Below, piece by piece: positions 37,673-51,567 of a stretch of DNA of 64,000 bases. Each line of letters begins with the position of its first letter. Within the stretch, counting starts at the first letter, position 1. Origin of the DNA: Octopus sinensis (taxonomy: Eukaryota). Below the pieces are notes generated by a model, which saw only the letters and a program-made list of their open reading frames with translations, had not been told where the DNA came from and ran no database searches. The stretch is taken from the NCBI RefSeq assembly GCF_006345805.1, contig NC_042997.1, positions 56,110,001 through 56,174,000 on the forward strand, written 5' to 3'. The position numbers and the translations under genes are program-made.

Positions 37673-38224
37673 ACACGCACCCTACTATTATTATCTCCCT
37701 CTGAGTTTCTCTTACAACTCTTCACCTCTCTCTCACTCTCCCTCATATCTCACATAGCCTTTCTTTACTCTTTACACTCAGAAAGCAAGAAACCCTTTTT
37801 ACTTCTTTTACTTTAACCTGTCTCAATGGTATTAATTATCAGTTTGCAGCCTTGCACCGATTGGTGCTGTGTTGAAAATCAGCATCTGGACATGGTTTAA
37901 ATTGGAAGCTTTATAATGGTTCCCTGGACAGTGCTACTGGCTGAGCTACAGAAATTGATTATGGTTAGTCAGAAGTCAGATGATACTCCCAGAGGAAAGC
38001 TGAGAGAAGAGGAGGGGAGGGAATTACAAAGTAACAACAAAACTTGCAATCCAATCAAAATATGTTTGATGGATGAAGTACCTGATGGTGGTCCTGATGA
38101 GAAAGCTGCTAGCTTGATTATTCTTTTCACACTCATTGCTTTCAAAGCTCTTTCTCTCCCTCCCTCTCTCTCTCTCTCTCTTTCCCTTCTCTCCCTCTCT
38201 TTTCCCCTCTCTTAATCTATCACC

Positions 38225-38321
<97 letters not shown>

Positions 38322-38614
38322 ATCCATACTACTCTGTCTCTTTCTCCCTACTTGTCTACTATCCCCTTTTACTGCCTTGTCCTCTATTTCTGCTCCTCCT
38401 CTCTTTCTCTCTTCCTGTCTCTCTCTCTCTTTGTTCATCTCTCTAGGGATAAAAGAGAGAAGAAGAGGGAGCTTTGTCCCAAGAGGGAAAACTCAACCTA
38501 ATTAAACAACAAGGTGCCTAGAACTGAAAAAAGATTTAATATATCTTATTCCAAAATGGCTGACCAATTAATTTTTTTGATTCACTTGCAACTATTGCTT
38601 TGCAAAGTCTCCCT

Positions 38615-38645
<31 letters not shown>

Positions 38646-39206
38646 TTCTTCTCTTGCTCTTCTTCTTTTACTCTTCTTCTTTCTCTCTCTCTCATATATA
38701 TATATGTACACACACACAGATAGATGATAGATAGATAGACAGATAGAAAATAGATAGTACAAATATCCAAATATATGTATGTGTGTGTATACAGAAACCC
38801 ACATAAATATGTGGAGATTTCTATACATGTAAATATATGCATGTGTATGCATATTTTTGTATATGTATGTGTATATGCATATATACATGGCATTCTGGCA
38901 AAATGCACTATTTAACATTCACTATTTAACATTCATTTATTTATCATTCCATATATATATCTATATTGGAAGGTTTGGAGATGATGTACAGGTATTTTAT
39001 ATTAGAAGAAATGAGGTACTCAGAAATTCGGATGGTTTTATATTTACAGATATTTATTTGTATATTACATGTTTTTATACATCATATAACTTATATCATA
39101 TATCATATATTAGCGCTAATATATGATATATATAATATATAGGCGCTAATATATGATATAAGTTATATGATGTATAAAAACATGTAATATACAAATATAT
39201 ATATAT

Positions 39207-39351
39207 AGGCACAAATTTGACTATAGATAAGAAGCTTGTTTCCCAATCATGTGGTCTTGGGTTCAGTCCCACTGCACGGCACCTTGAGTGAGTGTCTTCT
39301 ACTATAACCTTGGGCTAACCAAAACCTTGTGAGTGTGTGAGAGAAGCCCAA

Positions 39352-39388
<37 letters not shown>

Positions 39389-39600
39389 GTGTGTGTGTGT
39401 TTTGTGTATATACCCCACCTCTGCTTCACAATTACTGTTGGTTTCTTTCTATCTTGATGATCTAGCAATTCAGCAAAAGAGACCAATAGAATAAGTACTA
39501 AGCTTTAAAAAATTATAACAACTGGGGTCAATTTATTCAGCTTGAACCCTTCAAGGCAGTGCTCCAGCAAGGCCATAGTCCAATGGCTGAAACAAGTAAA
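39207..39600 (+). mobile_element. SINE family A, diverged
   Basis: GGGTTCAGTCCCACTGC head, CA microsatellite, GAAACAAGTAAAA tail. Confidence 0.75.
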
Positions 39601-39815
39601 ATATCAAATATAGAAGATTCTTACTTTCATCTCTTCTACCAGATGGTTTTACAAATTCTGGGATTTTTAAGAAACTTTCACCTGCAATATTACTTTTATA
39701 AATTTAAACATTCAACTTAACCCTTCTGCAGTTGAACTGACCATACCCAGCACAAAAAGTCTATTTGTTTTATGTTCAAGGCAGCCAGATCTGGCCACTT
39801 ACACCTACCCTCGAT

Positions 39816-40149
39816 ATCATCATCATCATCATCGTCGTTTAACGTCCGCTTTCCATGCTAGCATGGGTTGGACGGTTTAACTGGGGTCTGGGAAGCCAGA
39901 AGGCTGCACCAGGCCCAGTCTGATGTGGCAGTGTTTCTACAGCTGGATGCCCTTTCTAATGCCAACCACTCCGAGAGTGTAGTGGGTGCTTTTTATGTGC
40001 CACCAGCACAGGTGCCAGACGAGGCTGGCAAATGGCCACGATCGGATGGTTATTTTTACGTGCCACCAGCACGGAGACTAGACGAAGCTGGCAACGGCCA
40101 CGATCGGATGGTGCTTTTTACGTGCCACCAGCACGGAGGCCAGTGCCAG
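39816..40149 (-). mobile_element. Repeat family C with reiterated internal modules
   Basis: Core plus three repeats of TTTTA(C/T)GTGCCACCAGCAC separated by GGC..CGGCCACGATCGGATGG. Confidence 0.8.
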
Positions 40150-43100
40150 TATATATTTCTTAAAATAAACAATTAGCTCATCAAAATCTCAAAGCTATGA
40201 GTGTGCTTGATTAATTAAAACCAATGTGAATAAGTAAGTATTACATTTGGGAGAGTAATCTGAATGCTTAATGGTTAAATAAAAGTGGTGCCTATTTTCA
40301 CATAAGTAGACTGCATCTGGAAGAATGATTGTCTTCTGTTTTTTTTTTTTACTAAACTTAACAAAGATTAGTTCAGCATTTTAACCCACTTGAGACTACT
40401 CCTGGTTCTATGATACAAACTTCCACCAAAATTTCACAGTAATTTATGATCCACACACAAGATTCATAAAGAAAAAACTATTTTACTAAATTCTTCATTA
40501 TTTTCTAAATTAATTTAATTATAATTTAAGAATAGTAAACTTTGATTTTGAATAGTTCTTGTTGTTAGATTCAATATAAACCCTATTTTTTAACCTGTAA
40601 AATTACTCTTTACTAATTACTTGATTATTCCATATTAATTAGATGTCCGTCCACAGAGCCTGTTCATATTCACATTTATTTCTTGGCACTACCCATCCTT
40701 CACTCTATTTACACTGCCCCTCTTTCTTTCTCTCTAACCCCTGGCACTACTCTTTCCTTTCCCCTGTCCATTTCCTTACTCTTCTCCAACAAAAATCTTC
40801 CCTGTTACTCTCTCCACTACCACTATTTCACAATAACAATCTGTTCTGCCCATCATTCTTTCCCTCTTTCTCTCAACACCCTGTCTCTTATATTCTACTT
40901 TCAGTAGTGGGGGCTCTTTAGTCTTGCAAGTTACAAAGTGGCCTCACAAATGCTTCGACAAAAAGGTCATCAGTATTCTCTGTAAAGTGATTGATAAATC
41001 AAAAGGAGACAATAGGAGCAAGAATATCTTTGTAGTGCTGATGCACATGGTAACCTCCATAAAATGGTTGGTATTAGGAAAGGCATTCTACTGTAGAAAT
41101 CATGCTAAAACTGAAACATTGTAGCATGACATGGTCCTCCAACTTTTCAGATCTTATTTACCCATCCAACCCATTCCCAAGCATGGAAAAAACTGATATA
41201 AATTATGATGATGATAATGACACCAGCAGTAGTTTTCTTCTTATATATGTATTTATGTATGTTCTCTGGTCGTCCACGCAAACAAGTCTTCTGTTGCTTC
41301 CACACATTAAGAAATGCACTCTGTATCTAAAATGCATGTAATATAAAGTAATTTACTTAACTATTGAATGTGTTTTGGGAGATCAGTAGGTGGCTAGTAG
41401 CCACGAGATACAAAGTGATACAAGAGACCAAATATAGAAAAGTTTTAGCAGGAAGAAAACTAATTCATTGGGTTAAGTAAATACCTGTTTCCTAAATGTG
41501 ATGTTTTTTTATGAGTGAGGGGACTATAAGGATGGAGTAAGGGGCAGGCAAATTTGCCATGTTTAATAAAATTAAGGTAGTTTCTTTGAACTTGATCACC
41601 CTAATGAATTAAGACCTATATGGATGCTAACTCTATTTGGCTTACTCCTTATTGAAGAGGAGTGGAAGACAAAAACTTCACACTAAGTGACTCTTCTGGG
41701 GATGGGGTGAGTGTATAAGTTGGTCTTTGTTAGTTTGAGAACCACTTGTCTTTTTTTTTCCATTTAATGTGCAGTAACTCATTGTGTGATATATTTGAGC
41801 TTTGTAGGGGAATCAGAGAAAACCTGAATCTCCTTGAAGCAGGTTTATCTGGGTGTATGATGCCTCAAAGAAAGGCCTTGTTTGATATAAGCCATCATCC
41901 TTGAAGCTAAACATTTGACATTGTCAAATTTGCTATTTGTTCTAGCAATGTCACACACCTCAACTGAATCATTTATTAAAGGTCTATATTGATGTAAGTT
42001 GATCTAAAAATTATGAGAGAATGAAGGGTTACACCACCTGTGTGACACACTATGAAGTTAATAGTGAATAATAAAATAATGCTATTAAATTTTTACTGGA
42101 AGCATTATGATTTCAGCTGCTACAAGAAGTATACTGATTAGCCTATCTGCTAATCAATAACCGTAAGGACACTATTCAAATATTTACTTATAAACTGAAT
42201 GCCCAATGTTCATTAGAAACTTAAATTCATACCTTTATTTTACTTTGAAGTAGTATCACTAAAAATATTATTCATTTTCAGCACATTTTTCTGTATATGC
42301 CATCTGAGATGTTATATATTGTTAATTTGCCTTCTTTTTAGGAGTAACACCTTTGGAGAAATCCAAGACTTTTTCCTTAACTTTTGTTCCCCCTCAAGAT
42401 CTGAATGCAAGTTTTGTTATAATATGAAACACAAGCAAATTACTTGTAGCAAGAAGATGGGATTTTTCTTTTGTTTGTTTTGAAACAAATGCACAAGTTC
42501 CATAATGTGCATTGTATTAAAAAGTAATGATGGTTGTGAATGTCAACCCTTGGGAAGTGACTGAACACATTCTGTTTCAACTTTTATGCAACTGGCACCA
42601 GCAAAGTTGTCTAAAAACGAGTCATCTTATTCAAAAGTTGATGGCTATCCAAGCCAAGGTGCTGAAACAGCATGAATAAATATCATCTGGGAACTGAGTT
42701 CATTGCACCTTACGCGATATAATGTTTCAAAAATTTCTTTTGAGACTGTCTGTTTTCCCATATAATTTCATAGGTGCCACTGTAGCTGTGATCACAATCA
42801 TTGTATTTCAGTTTCTGCAAATAGAAATAGACTTTTTATTTCCCATAAACTCATTCGCCCCTCTTATTTTCTTTTCCTCTATTTTCAGAAATACATATTC
42901 GTCTAACTTTAATTTATGCATATTTTCAGAGCTGTTTCTCTTAATATTCACTGTCTATATATCTATCTTTTATCTCACTTTTTTTTTCTCTCAGTTCCTT
43001 TTTCATTATTATCATGTCATGTCTATATAAAACAAAATATGACAGTATATATACAATTAAAACAATATTGACAACTTACATGTAGAATATATTAAGCATA

Positions 43101-43442
43101 GGAAACTTATATTAAAGAAATCATACAAATATAGTTTAAAAAGATTAATTCATTTTTCAGATTTATATTAATTAAGTTTGGTACAGATAATATGAACATA
43201 AGTACAGGTATAGCCCTATGTAATTAAGAAAGTTTGATTTACAGCTACATCATTTCAGGTTCAATTCTAGTGTGTGAAATGATGGACATGTCTTCTACTT
43301 CAGCCTCAGTAACAAATGTTTTCTGAGTAGAATATGACAGACTGTAACTGCATAACTCAATATGTGTATTATGTATCCTTTTATGCATTTTATGTTTACA
43401 CCATTTAAAACAAGTTTTTATGTTGTGTCCCTTCATATCACT

Positions 43443-43782
43443 TGATGAGACACCCTTCAGTCATGACTGACCATGGGATTGCACCTAGGAAGTTACCCTC
43501 CCAGGAACAAGTCCAAGCAAGGTTGTTTGTGGAAGACCAGCAGTCGCCCATGCATATCGGCCTCCCCTCTTCACACCACCAGTGTTATCCAAGGGAAAGG
43601 CAAAGGCCGATACAGCTTCGCGCCTGTGGTGTCGCAACTCATTTTTACAGCTGAGTGAACTGGAGCAATGTGAAATAAAGTGTCTTGCTCAAGAACACAA
43701 CACGCAGCCTGGTCTGGGATTCAAACTCACAACCTCGCAATCATAAGCTTGACGCTCTAACCACTGAGCCATGCGCCTTCAC
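43443..43782 (-). mobile_element. tRNA-derived SINE, family D
   Basis: Minus-strand head GGCGCATGGCTCAGTGGTTAGAGCG...GAGTTTGAATCCC, core CTTGAGCAAGACACTTTATTTCAC. TSD catatcact at 43434-43442 and 43783-43791. Confidence 0.85.
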
Positions 43783-43837
43783 CATATCACTGAGTGGTTC
43801 AGCATAATCTTTTCTTAAATATGTATGTGAGTCTTTG

Positions 43838-43902
<65 letters not shown>

Positions 43903-44248
43903 CCATAGGTGTGCAGTCCATAGAAGCAAGGAAAGCATTACTTCCTTTAAAAATCACAGAAACAAAACTGATACTATATTACTTATTTTTCATAAGATCG
44001 TTCTTCTAATGTTCTGTAAAATTAATATAAACTACATGACACCCTAGACTTCAGACGACACAAAAAAATCTGTGCAAGGGAAGCAACACGAGCTGTTGCA
44101 TCATTTCCAGTGTAATATTTTAACATTTTTTTCCAATAAAAATGCCACAAAGACATTTTTTTTCTAATAAAATGTGTGTGTATATATGTGTGTGTGTGTA
44201 TATATATATGTGTGTGTGTATATATATGTGTGTGTGTGTGTGTATATA

Positions 44249-44483
44249 CAGTAAGCCTTCGACTATCATGAGTGTTATGTTCCAAAACCTCCCATAGAAA
44301 TAATTAAAATCTAAAAAAATATAAATACTTATTAGCCACTGAAACCCAGATGTACTGAGGAGTCTGTGATATAAATTTACATATATTAGCCAGAAAAATC
44401 CACAATGTACTGAGTGCATGATAGGTGAACTGCAATATACTGAATGTGTAATAGGTGAACCAAGGTATGGCAAGGGATTACTG
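44249..44483. mobile_element. Tigger/pogo-like MITE, TA TSD, internal 29-bp tandem duplication
   Basis: Ends cagtaagcc.../...gggattactg flanked by TA. Homologous to 59028-59233 and 29 bp longer through a duplicated TACTGA.TG..(TG/TA)ATAGGTGAAC unit. Confidence 0.8.
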
Positions 44484-45202
44484 TATAGTATCTAACAATA
44501 CCTTATGAAGGCATTTAAAGGGTTTCTTTTAATTAACAATGAAATGTTTCTTTAAAAATAACAATGTAAAAGAAGTTAAGATGTGAACCTTCTATAGAAC
44601 CATTATGTGAGTGTTTTATCCATAGTTGTGCATGTGCATATGTATCATCGATATATATGTGTGTGTATACATGCAAACACATACGCACACACACATTACT
44701 TATTTCGAGGCATCTTTTTTACCTTGCTGTCCCTATCAGAGTTCTTAGGACATGTTTCATTTTTTATTGATGATTTTCCCTTGCTTCAGATAGTGCTCTC
44801 TAAACTTTATCACTTCTGCTTCCCCACACATGCTGCATTAAGGTTTTGGGCTAGTCCTAGTCTCTTGGGGTACATTGTGAAGCCAAACTAAAATTGGCTA
44901 CGGAAAGCAATAAAGATAAAGGTAAATGATTACAAAGTAAAACAGACCCAGAAAGCGACAAATTCTCTCAGATCACCGGGAAAATTATGTTATGTACAAG
45001 TTATGCAAAACTGTTTCTCTAACAAAGTAGCCATAGCTAATCTAAAGGAAGAAGATTGTGAAGCTTTTCAAATTGCTTCAATAGAAAGATAGCATATGAA
45101 ATAAATAATTCCGTGTATGGTATTGTGTTTGTATGTGTGTATGTATGTTTATATATATATATATGTGTGTGTGTGTGTATTGGGTCGTCCCATAAATAAT
45201 GC

Positions 45203-45493
45203 TACAAAGACTGCCTCAAGAAGTCTCTAACAGCATGTTGTATTGGCCACCAATGCTGGTCAGACCTGACTACAGATCGTGATGTCTGGCACCACACGAT
45301 CTTCAAGTCAGCGAGTTTGAGGAACAAAGAAGAGACATGCTTAAAGACAAGAGATGCAGGAGGAAGGCGCGAGCCACCTCTGACACCACACCGGATGTTA
45401 CCTTCATCTGTGGACACTGCTCACGAACCTGCCTTTCCCGTTTCGGACTTGTCAGACATGAGCGTACATGCACACGACGTGGACTAGCCATGA

Positions 45494-45497
<4 letters not shown>
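45203..45497 (+). mobile_element. 3' end of an RTE/BovB-like LINE with C-terminal zinc finger
   Basis: YKDCLKKSL...W..L..DR.VW.. then, after a frameshift, FEEQRRDMLKDKR.RRKAR...F.CGHCSRTCLSRFGLVRHERTC. Ends in TGATGAT. Confidence 0.8.
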
Positions 45498-45536
<39 letters not shown>

Positions 45537-45538
<2 letters not shown>

Positions 45539-46354
45539 GGGTGTGATGGATAAATTGTCACCATTTTATATTTTTAATTTCACGCATCTGCATTGTTTGT
45601 TTTCGATTTTGTCGACTACACAGTATAGTAGGATCAGTTGGCACTATCTTTGAGAAAACAGCACCATGATGCAATTCACTTTGCCAGAAATTTGGAAACA
45701 ACATACTGTCCTGCATGGTATTTGCACTGGAAGCTCCAATACAAACATTTCAGAGTGTTTGGGTGTCAATCTGGGGACAGTGCAATCTGAGGACATGTAC
45801 CACTAGTGATGTCAATGTTATGCCTTCATTCATCTTCCCACGTGACCTCAGACTCAACACAGAGGCCTTCATCAAGAGCCTGGAGGAGGTAGTGCTGTTC
45901 TATGGCTGCTGTCTGTGGATGATAACAGGACTCTACATCATGTCTCACAAGCAGGAGAACCCAATCATGGCTGTCAGATAATTGCTGCGACCACTTCTCC
46001 CCTAACATCTGGCCACCTAACTCCCCAGACTGCAACCCCCTTGATTATTATGTGTGGGGCGCAGTTGAGCGAGAGACCAACAAAACTCCTTATAACACCA
46101 AAGATGAACTCAAGGCAAGGATTATGGCAACATTCACCAACTTAAACAAGGAGACCACTGAGAAGAGTTGCAGGAAATTCCAAAATCATCTGAAGGCTGT
46201 GGTTGAAGCCAATGGCAATTTAATTGAATAAATTTACTCTTTAGTATTTCAAGATATTTTTATGTAATTTTGGTAAATATATCTGTTAAAATGAGATTTC
46301 AGTGTTATTTTCATTTTTGCATAAGTTAGGCGACAGTTTATTCACCACACCCTG
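45537..46354 (+). mobile_element. Internally deleted Tc1/mariner-superfamily transposon, maT (DD37D) type
   Basis: 26-bp TIRs cagggtgtgatggataaattgtcacc (45537-45562) and ggcgacagtttattcaccacaccctg (46329-46354), 4 mismatches. Frame 45926-46231 reads QDSTSCLTSRRTQSWLSDNCCDHFSPNIWPPNSPDCNPLDYYVWGAVE...VEANGNLIE*, with 37 residues between the two catalytic-position Asp. Confidence 0.88.
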
Positions 46355-46620
<266 letters not shown>

Positions 46621-47500
46621 TCAAAAGATACATAGATAGAGATATACATATACAAATACACACACACATATGCATGTGTGAACACAACCATGTAATTGTT
46701 CTTTTGATTTACATCTGCATTTCTATACTTGCATAGGTTTGATAGGAAGTGAGTCAGTACTTCATGACCAGACTCTGTTCCTGTTGCCACCAATAACATT
46801 TGCAAGCACACAAGTACAGAACCTAATGTAAACATGACAACACTGCTTTTCTCTTAGATAGTGTGTGGGGTGGGGGCATTCAAAAGTGTTCCAGAATGCC
46901 CAAACATGTCAGGCATGCTAGATATGTTCTACACTCCACTCCAATGTTCAGTGCAGGATCCAAGCCATCATAAAGAGTAAAAAAGAACACTGAAAATATA
47001 ACTGGTATTTTATGCTTTATATAATATACACATTTTCACATTTTCCAGGAAGCTGTGATTTTATTGATGCTTTATTTTTGCTGATAATGCTGAGGGAAGA
47101 AGTCAACTGTTATTATTGTATAACATCACCAACTGGCTTACATAATAACTGGTTTGCTTACTGAAATACGTGTTATTTACATGAAGTATAAAATAACAAT
47201 TAGATTTTCTGTGTTCCGTGTGTGTTTCTGTCTGTCTGTGTGTGTTAGGCAAGCTGGCAGAAGTATTTGTACATTGGACAAAATGCTTAGTAGCATTTTC
47301 CCCAAATCTTTATGGTCAGAATTTAAATTCTGCCAAAGTCACCTTTGCCTTTCTTCCCTTCAGGGTTGATAAAATATGTACTAGTTGAACATTAGGAGTG
47401 GCCTATTCAGCTAACCCTCTGTTCCTTTGTTGCTGGCCTCATACCAAGATTTGAAACCATATATGTATGTGTGTGTGTGTCCTTGTCTTCACATCATGGG

Positions 47501-47767
47501 ATCATCGTCACCATCATCATTGTTTAATGTCCGCTTTCCATGCTAGCATGTGTTGGACGATTTGACTGAGGTCTGGCGAACCAGACTCCAATCTGATCTG
47601 GCAGAGTGTCTACAGCTGGATGCCCTTCCTAATGCCAACCACTCCGAGAGTGTAGTGGGTGCTTTTACATGCCACCGGCACAAGGGCCAGTTAGGTGGTA
47701 CTGGCAACGGCCACGCTCAAATGGTGCTTTTTATGTGCCACCTGCACAGGAGCCAGTTCAGAGGCAC
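47501..47767 (-). mobile_element. Repeat family C
   Basis: Tail, core and two internal modules. Confidence 0.8.
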
Positions 47768-50067
47768 TAATAGTTATAAACAAGTGTCACTGTTATTCAA
47801 GCTAAGTCCCTCATTTGCTGTTTACCTTGGAAACATGTTCAGTCATTTGCTTGGAAACAAATAAGGGCTGGCAACAGGAAGGTGATCTGACCATAATAAA
47901 CTCTGTCCAACCCATGTAACCATAAAATATAATAGACAGATATCTTTTAGAAATATATTTTTGAAAGATATCTGATGATGGGACATACTCACATAAACTA
48001 TTTTATCTCGTTAAACTATAACAATATGAAAAGTAGACTTAAAGAGAATGCTTTCACATAGCATTTCACAAAACATTGTAATATTTCTCTTCTGTTACTT
48101 TGTAACCACAGTACTTTGGCTACTTTCTCATCCTGTGATCTTCACTCACACATACATATACAATCACAGGTTTTCCTATCCTATCAATGCTGTAGTCAAT
48201 CTGATTTTCCTGTTGCTCTCAGGAGAATTCATTTCATATTTCTATACCCCCCCCCTGACCAACTTTATGTTTTTTTTTCTGCTTTTGGTTTTGCTCCCAC
48301 CACACCTTCTCTTACTCCTTTCATGTTAATACAGCAGTGTTCATTGACTAGAATTAGGTGTTGCTCTCTGATTAAACACTGAATTTTATTGTTGTTGTTG
48401 TTTTCATAAAACTAGTGACATAAATAAAGATAATAGCAGCAATATTAATGATGATAATATTAATAATATATTTGTTTTATATTTGATTTTGATTTTTCTC
48501 ACTTTTGACTATCTTGTCAGTTTTATACCTGTCATCTTTGTGTCATCTGTGTTATTTTATTATCATATATGCTATGATATTTATTAATACTATAAACAAA
48601 AATATAGAGGTAGCATATTGCCTTTTATTGTATTTGTTATACATTAATTGCCTTGATCTCTGCCACTGCTGCACACTGTACATTACTTTTTTGGTCATTA
48701 TCTTTCAGAGTCATTTTACTTGTTTAGCAAAAATATGCACTAGAATGTGAAAGTCATAGGTTCCAATCAAACTCTATTTTTAGCATTATTTTAAAATTCA
48801 ATTAGCAGTAACATCACCATCATCAATCAACTACAGTTTCCATTTGCAAGATGACAGATTTGTGGCATAACCCATTGCATCATCAGTGCCTTAAGTTTAT
48901 CAACAGTCACAACACGATTGAATGCCATCAAGATTTTTAAACCATAGTTTTAGAAGTATGTTCACTGTTCATCTTTCCATGGGATAGTTCCCGGATGATC
49001 CCTTTACTGATGGACAACCCTTGGTGTCACTGATGATACCCAGCAATTTTCAGCCATTCATCTGCTGTCTTGATGGTCATATGGAGCATGTTGCCACAGA
49101 GTTGTTGTTACTCAGTCATTTTGTACATCCAGTTGATGTGATTTTAAAAGGCAACCTGGTGCATTCAAGCTGCATTGATTGCATCCTTTATTAATAATGC
49201 ATACATAGCTATATATCTATGCGTGTGTCTCTGTGTAAGGAGCTTCCACATAATTGTGCTCTGCCAAATTCTGTTGGTCAACCCAAGGCCATCGTAGAAG
49301 GTACTTACCCAATGATGAACTGCAGAGCAAGACAAAACCCAGAACTACACAGCTGGAAAGCTAACTCCTTTACCTTATTGGTATATCCATGCCTGCATCC
49401 ACCCATATAGGAGACTGAAATAAAACTGAATTATGTACTTTGACTCATTTGATATAAAAATATTAACTTTTTGTCCCACATCATCATCATCATTGTTTAA
49501 CGTACGCTTTCCATGCTAGCATGGGTTGGACGATTTTGACTGAGGGCTGGTGAACCAGATGGCTGCACCAAGCTCCAATCTTGATCTGGCAGAGTTTCTA
49601 TATTTCTTTTAGTTTCTGTAATTGGTGCTTTTTTTCACCTATCACCCTACTCCTTTCTCTAACACTTTTTTTTTGCTATGGTTTAGCAAAATTAAATACA
49701 CCACATGAACTTATGCAGTATAAATGCACACACAAATCTAACATTATAAGCATTTGTTGTATGAAAAGAAATACCCACAAATTATTGTTTATAGATTACA
49801 TGCGTAGGTAATATATATTTGGTTTCATTTATTTACACACATTTCAAGGTCTGTTTTATTGTTAATCTTCTCATTGTTAATATAATTGTTATTGTGGTTA
49901 TGGTTAACAAGCAGTTTATCTTAATATTACTTTAAAATATTTTTTTAAGTTAATAGTTAAATAAAAAAGACTTAAGAAAACTGTACAGATGCATCCATTG
50001 CCCACTATTGAACCCTGTGACCCCAGTACCCATAAGAAATTTTTCACTGCCTACCACTCAATCCTAT

Positions 50068-50250
50068 CCACCAGAAAGCAGCACCCCCTGCTCACCAGAG
50101 GGCTATGTCACTTATCCACCTGATGGTTATACCCTCCATCCACCAGTACCCTACCTACCAGAAGGCTATACCACCCATCAACCAGAAGACAGTACTACCC
50201 AGCCACCAGAAGGCAGCACCACTCACCCTCTAGTAGGCAGTACCACCCAT
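50068..50250 (+). repeat. Degenerate 24-bp minisatellite (consensus ~CCACCAGAAGGCAGTACCACCCAT)
   Basis: Seven 24-bp units plus one 15-bp unit; further related sequence at ~50450-50489 beyond a SINE. Confidence 0.85.
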
Positions 50251-50874
50251 CGATCAAAGAGGGCTGTACCATTCCTTCTTGAGTTATGCTAATTCATAAG
50301 GGCCAGTTTCCATGGTGTATATATACTCCCCACCTGGAAGGAACACCAGTCTGTCACAGGACTACTCATTATTGCTCAGTCCAGGAATCAAAACCACAAT
50401 CTTACAATCATGAGTCCAACACCCCTAACCACTAAGCCACGCACCTCTACAGCTGTGCTACTCACCTGCCAGAGGGCAATATCACCCACTTTGAGAATCA
50501 CTGTTGTAAATTTTCACAGCATCAAACTAAATATTCTTTAACCTTCCATTCATTTTACTTCAAATTTTATTATCAAGTGGAACCCAACAGACGATATTTT
50601 AGCAATAGTATTAATTCTGTCTCTAAGTTATGAGTTAAAACCCTGACACTGTCAACATTATGTTCTTTCTTGTCAGATTGTTAAAATAAGTACCATTAGT
50701 ACATTGGAGATGATTCAGTTGTCTATATCCACACACTCTGCTAATATTTTAATGTGTTCTAATTTGCGATCTAACTCGGGCTGCAATCTCTGGTATTATT
50801 ATTCCAAAAGGTTTAGATCCATGCAATAATTTATTGCATAACAATCCAGTGAATAAGCCAAGAAAGAGTGTAAA

Positions 50875-51104
50875 GGCGGCGAGCTGGCAGAAACGTTAGC
50901 ACAGTGGACAAATGCTTAGCGGTATTTCGTCTGCTGTTACGTTCTGAGTTCAAATTCTGCTGAGGTCGACTTTGCCTTTTATCTTTTCGGGGTCGATAAA
51001 TTAAGTACCAGTTATGCACTGGGGTCGATGTAATCGACTTAATCCCTTTGTCTGTCCTTGTTTGTCCCCTCTATGTTTAGCCCCTTGTGGGCAATAAAGA
51101 AATA
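50875..51104 (+). mobile_element. SINE family B with perfect TSD
   Basis: Reverse-complement homologue of 28890-29120. TSD aagaaagagtgtaaag at 50860-50875 and 51104-51119. Confidence 0.9.
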
Positions 51105-51535
51105 AGAAAGAGTGTAAAGCAAAAGTATGGAGACTAGAATCATACACTCCTAGCTCTATCTTCTGCCTATTCTTTTGATCATTCACACCTATCTACTCCA
51201 AAATTACTACTACTGCTGGTGCTTGTACCACAACCAGCACTACTACCACTACTATCACCACCACTAGTACTACTTACTATAGTAATGACTATAGTAATGA
51301 CTTTTCACATCACTACAAATCCATAGTTACTAGGCATTTAATTAACCCCAATGTGTCAATGATACTTATTTTACTAGTCCTGCAAGAATAAGCATAACAT
51401 TGATCCTGGTAGGATTTGAACTCAAAGCTTAGTGTCAGGATTAAGTGCTAGAAGCTTTTACTTCTACAACTCAGTAGCCCTGCCACCATTTCTATCATTA
51501 CTACTGCAACTATTTCTATGACAACAATAAACTGG

Positions 51536-51567
<32 letters not shown>

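Noticed and set aside
48840-49180. Possible Tigger/pogo CENP-B HTH remnant on the minus strand
   Set aside because: Needs several frameshifts and matches only a few residues; cannot be supported without a profile search.
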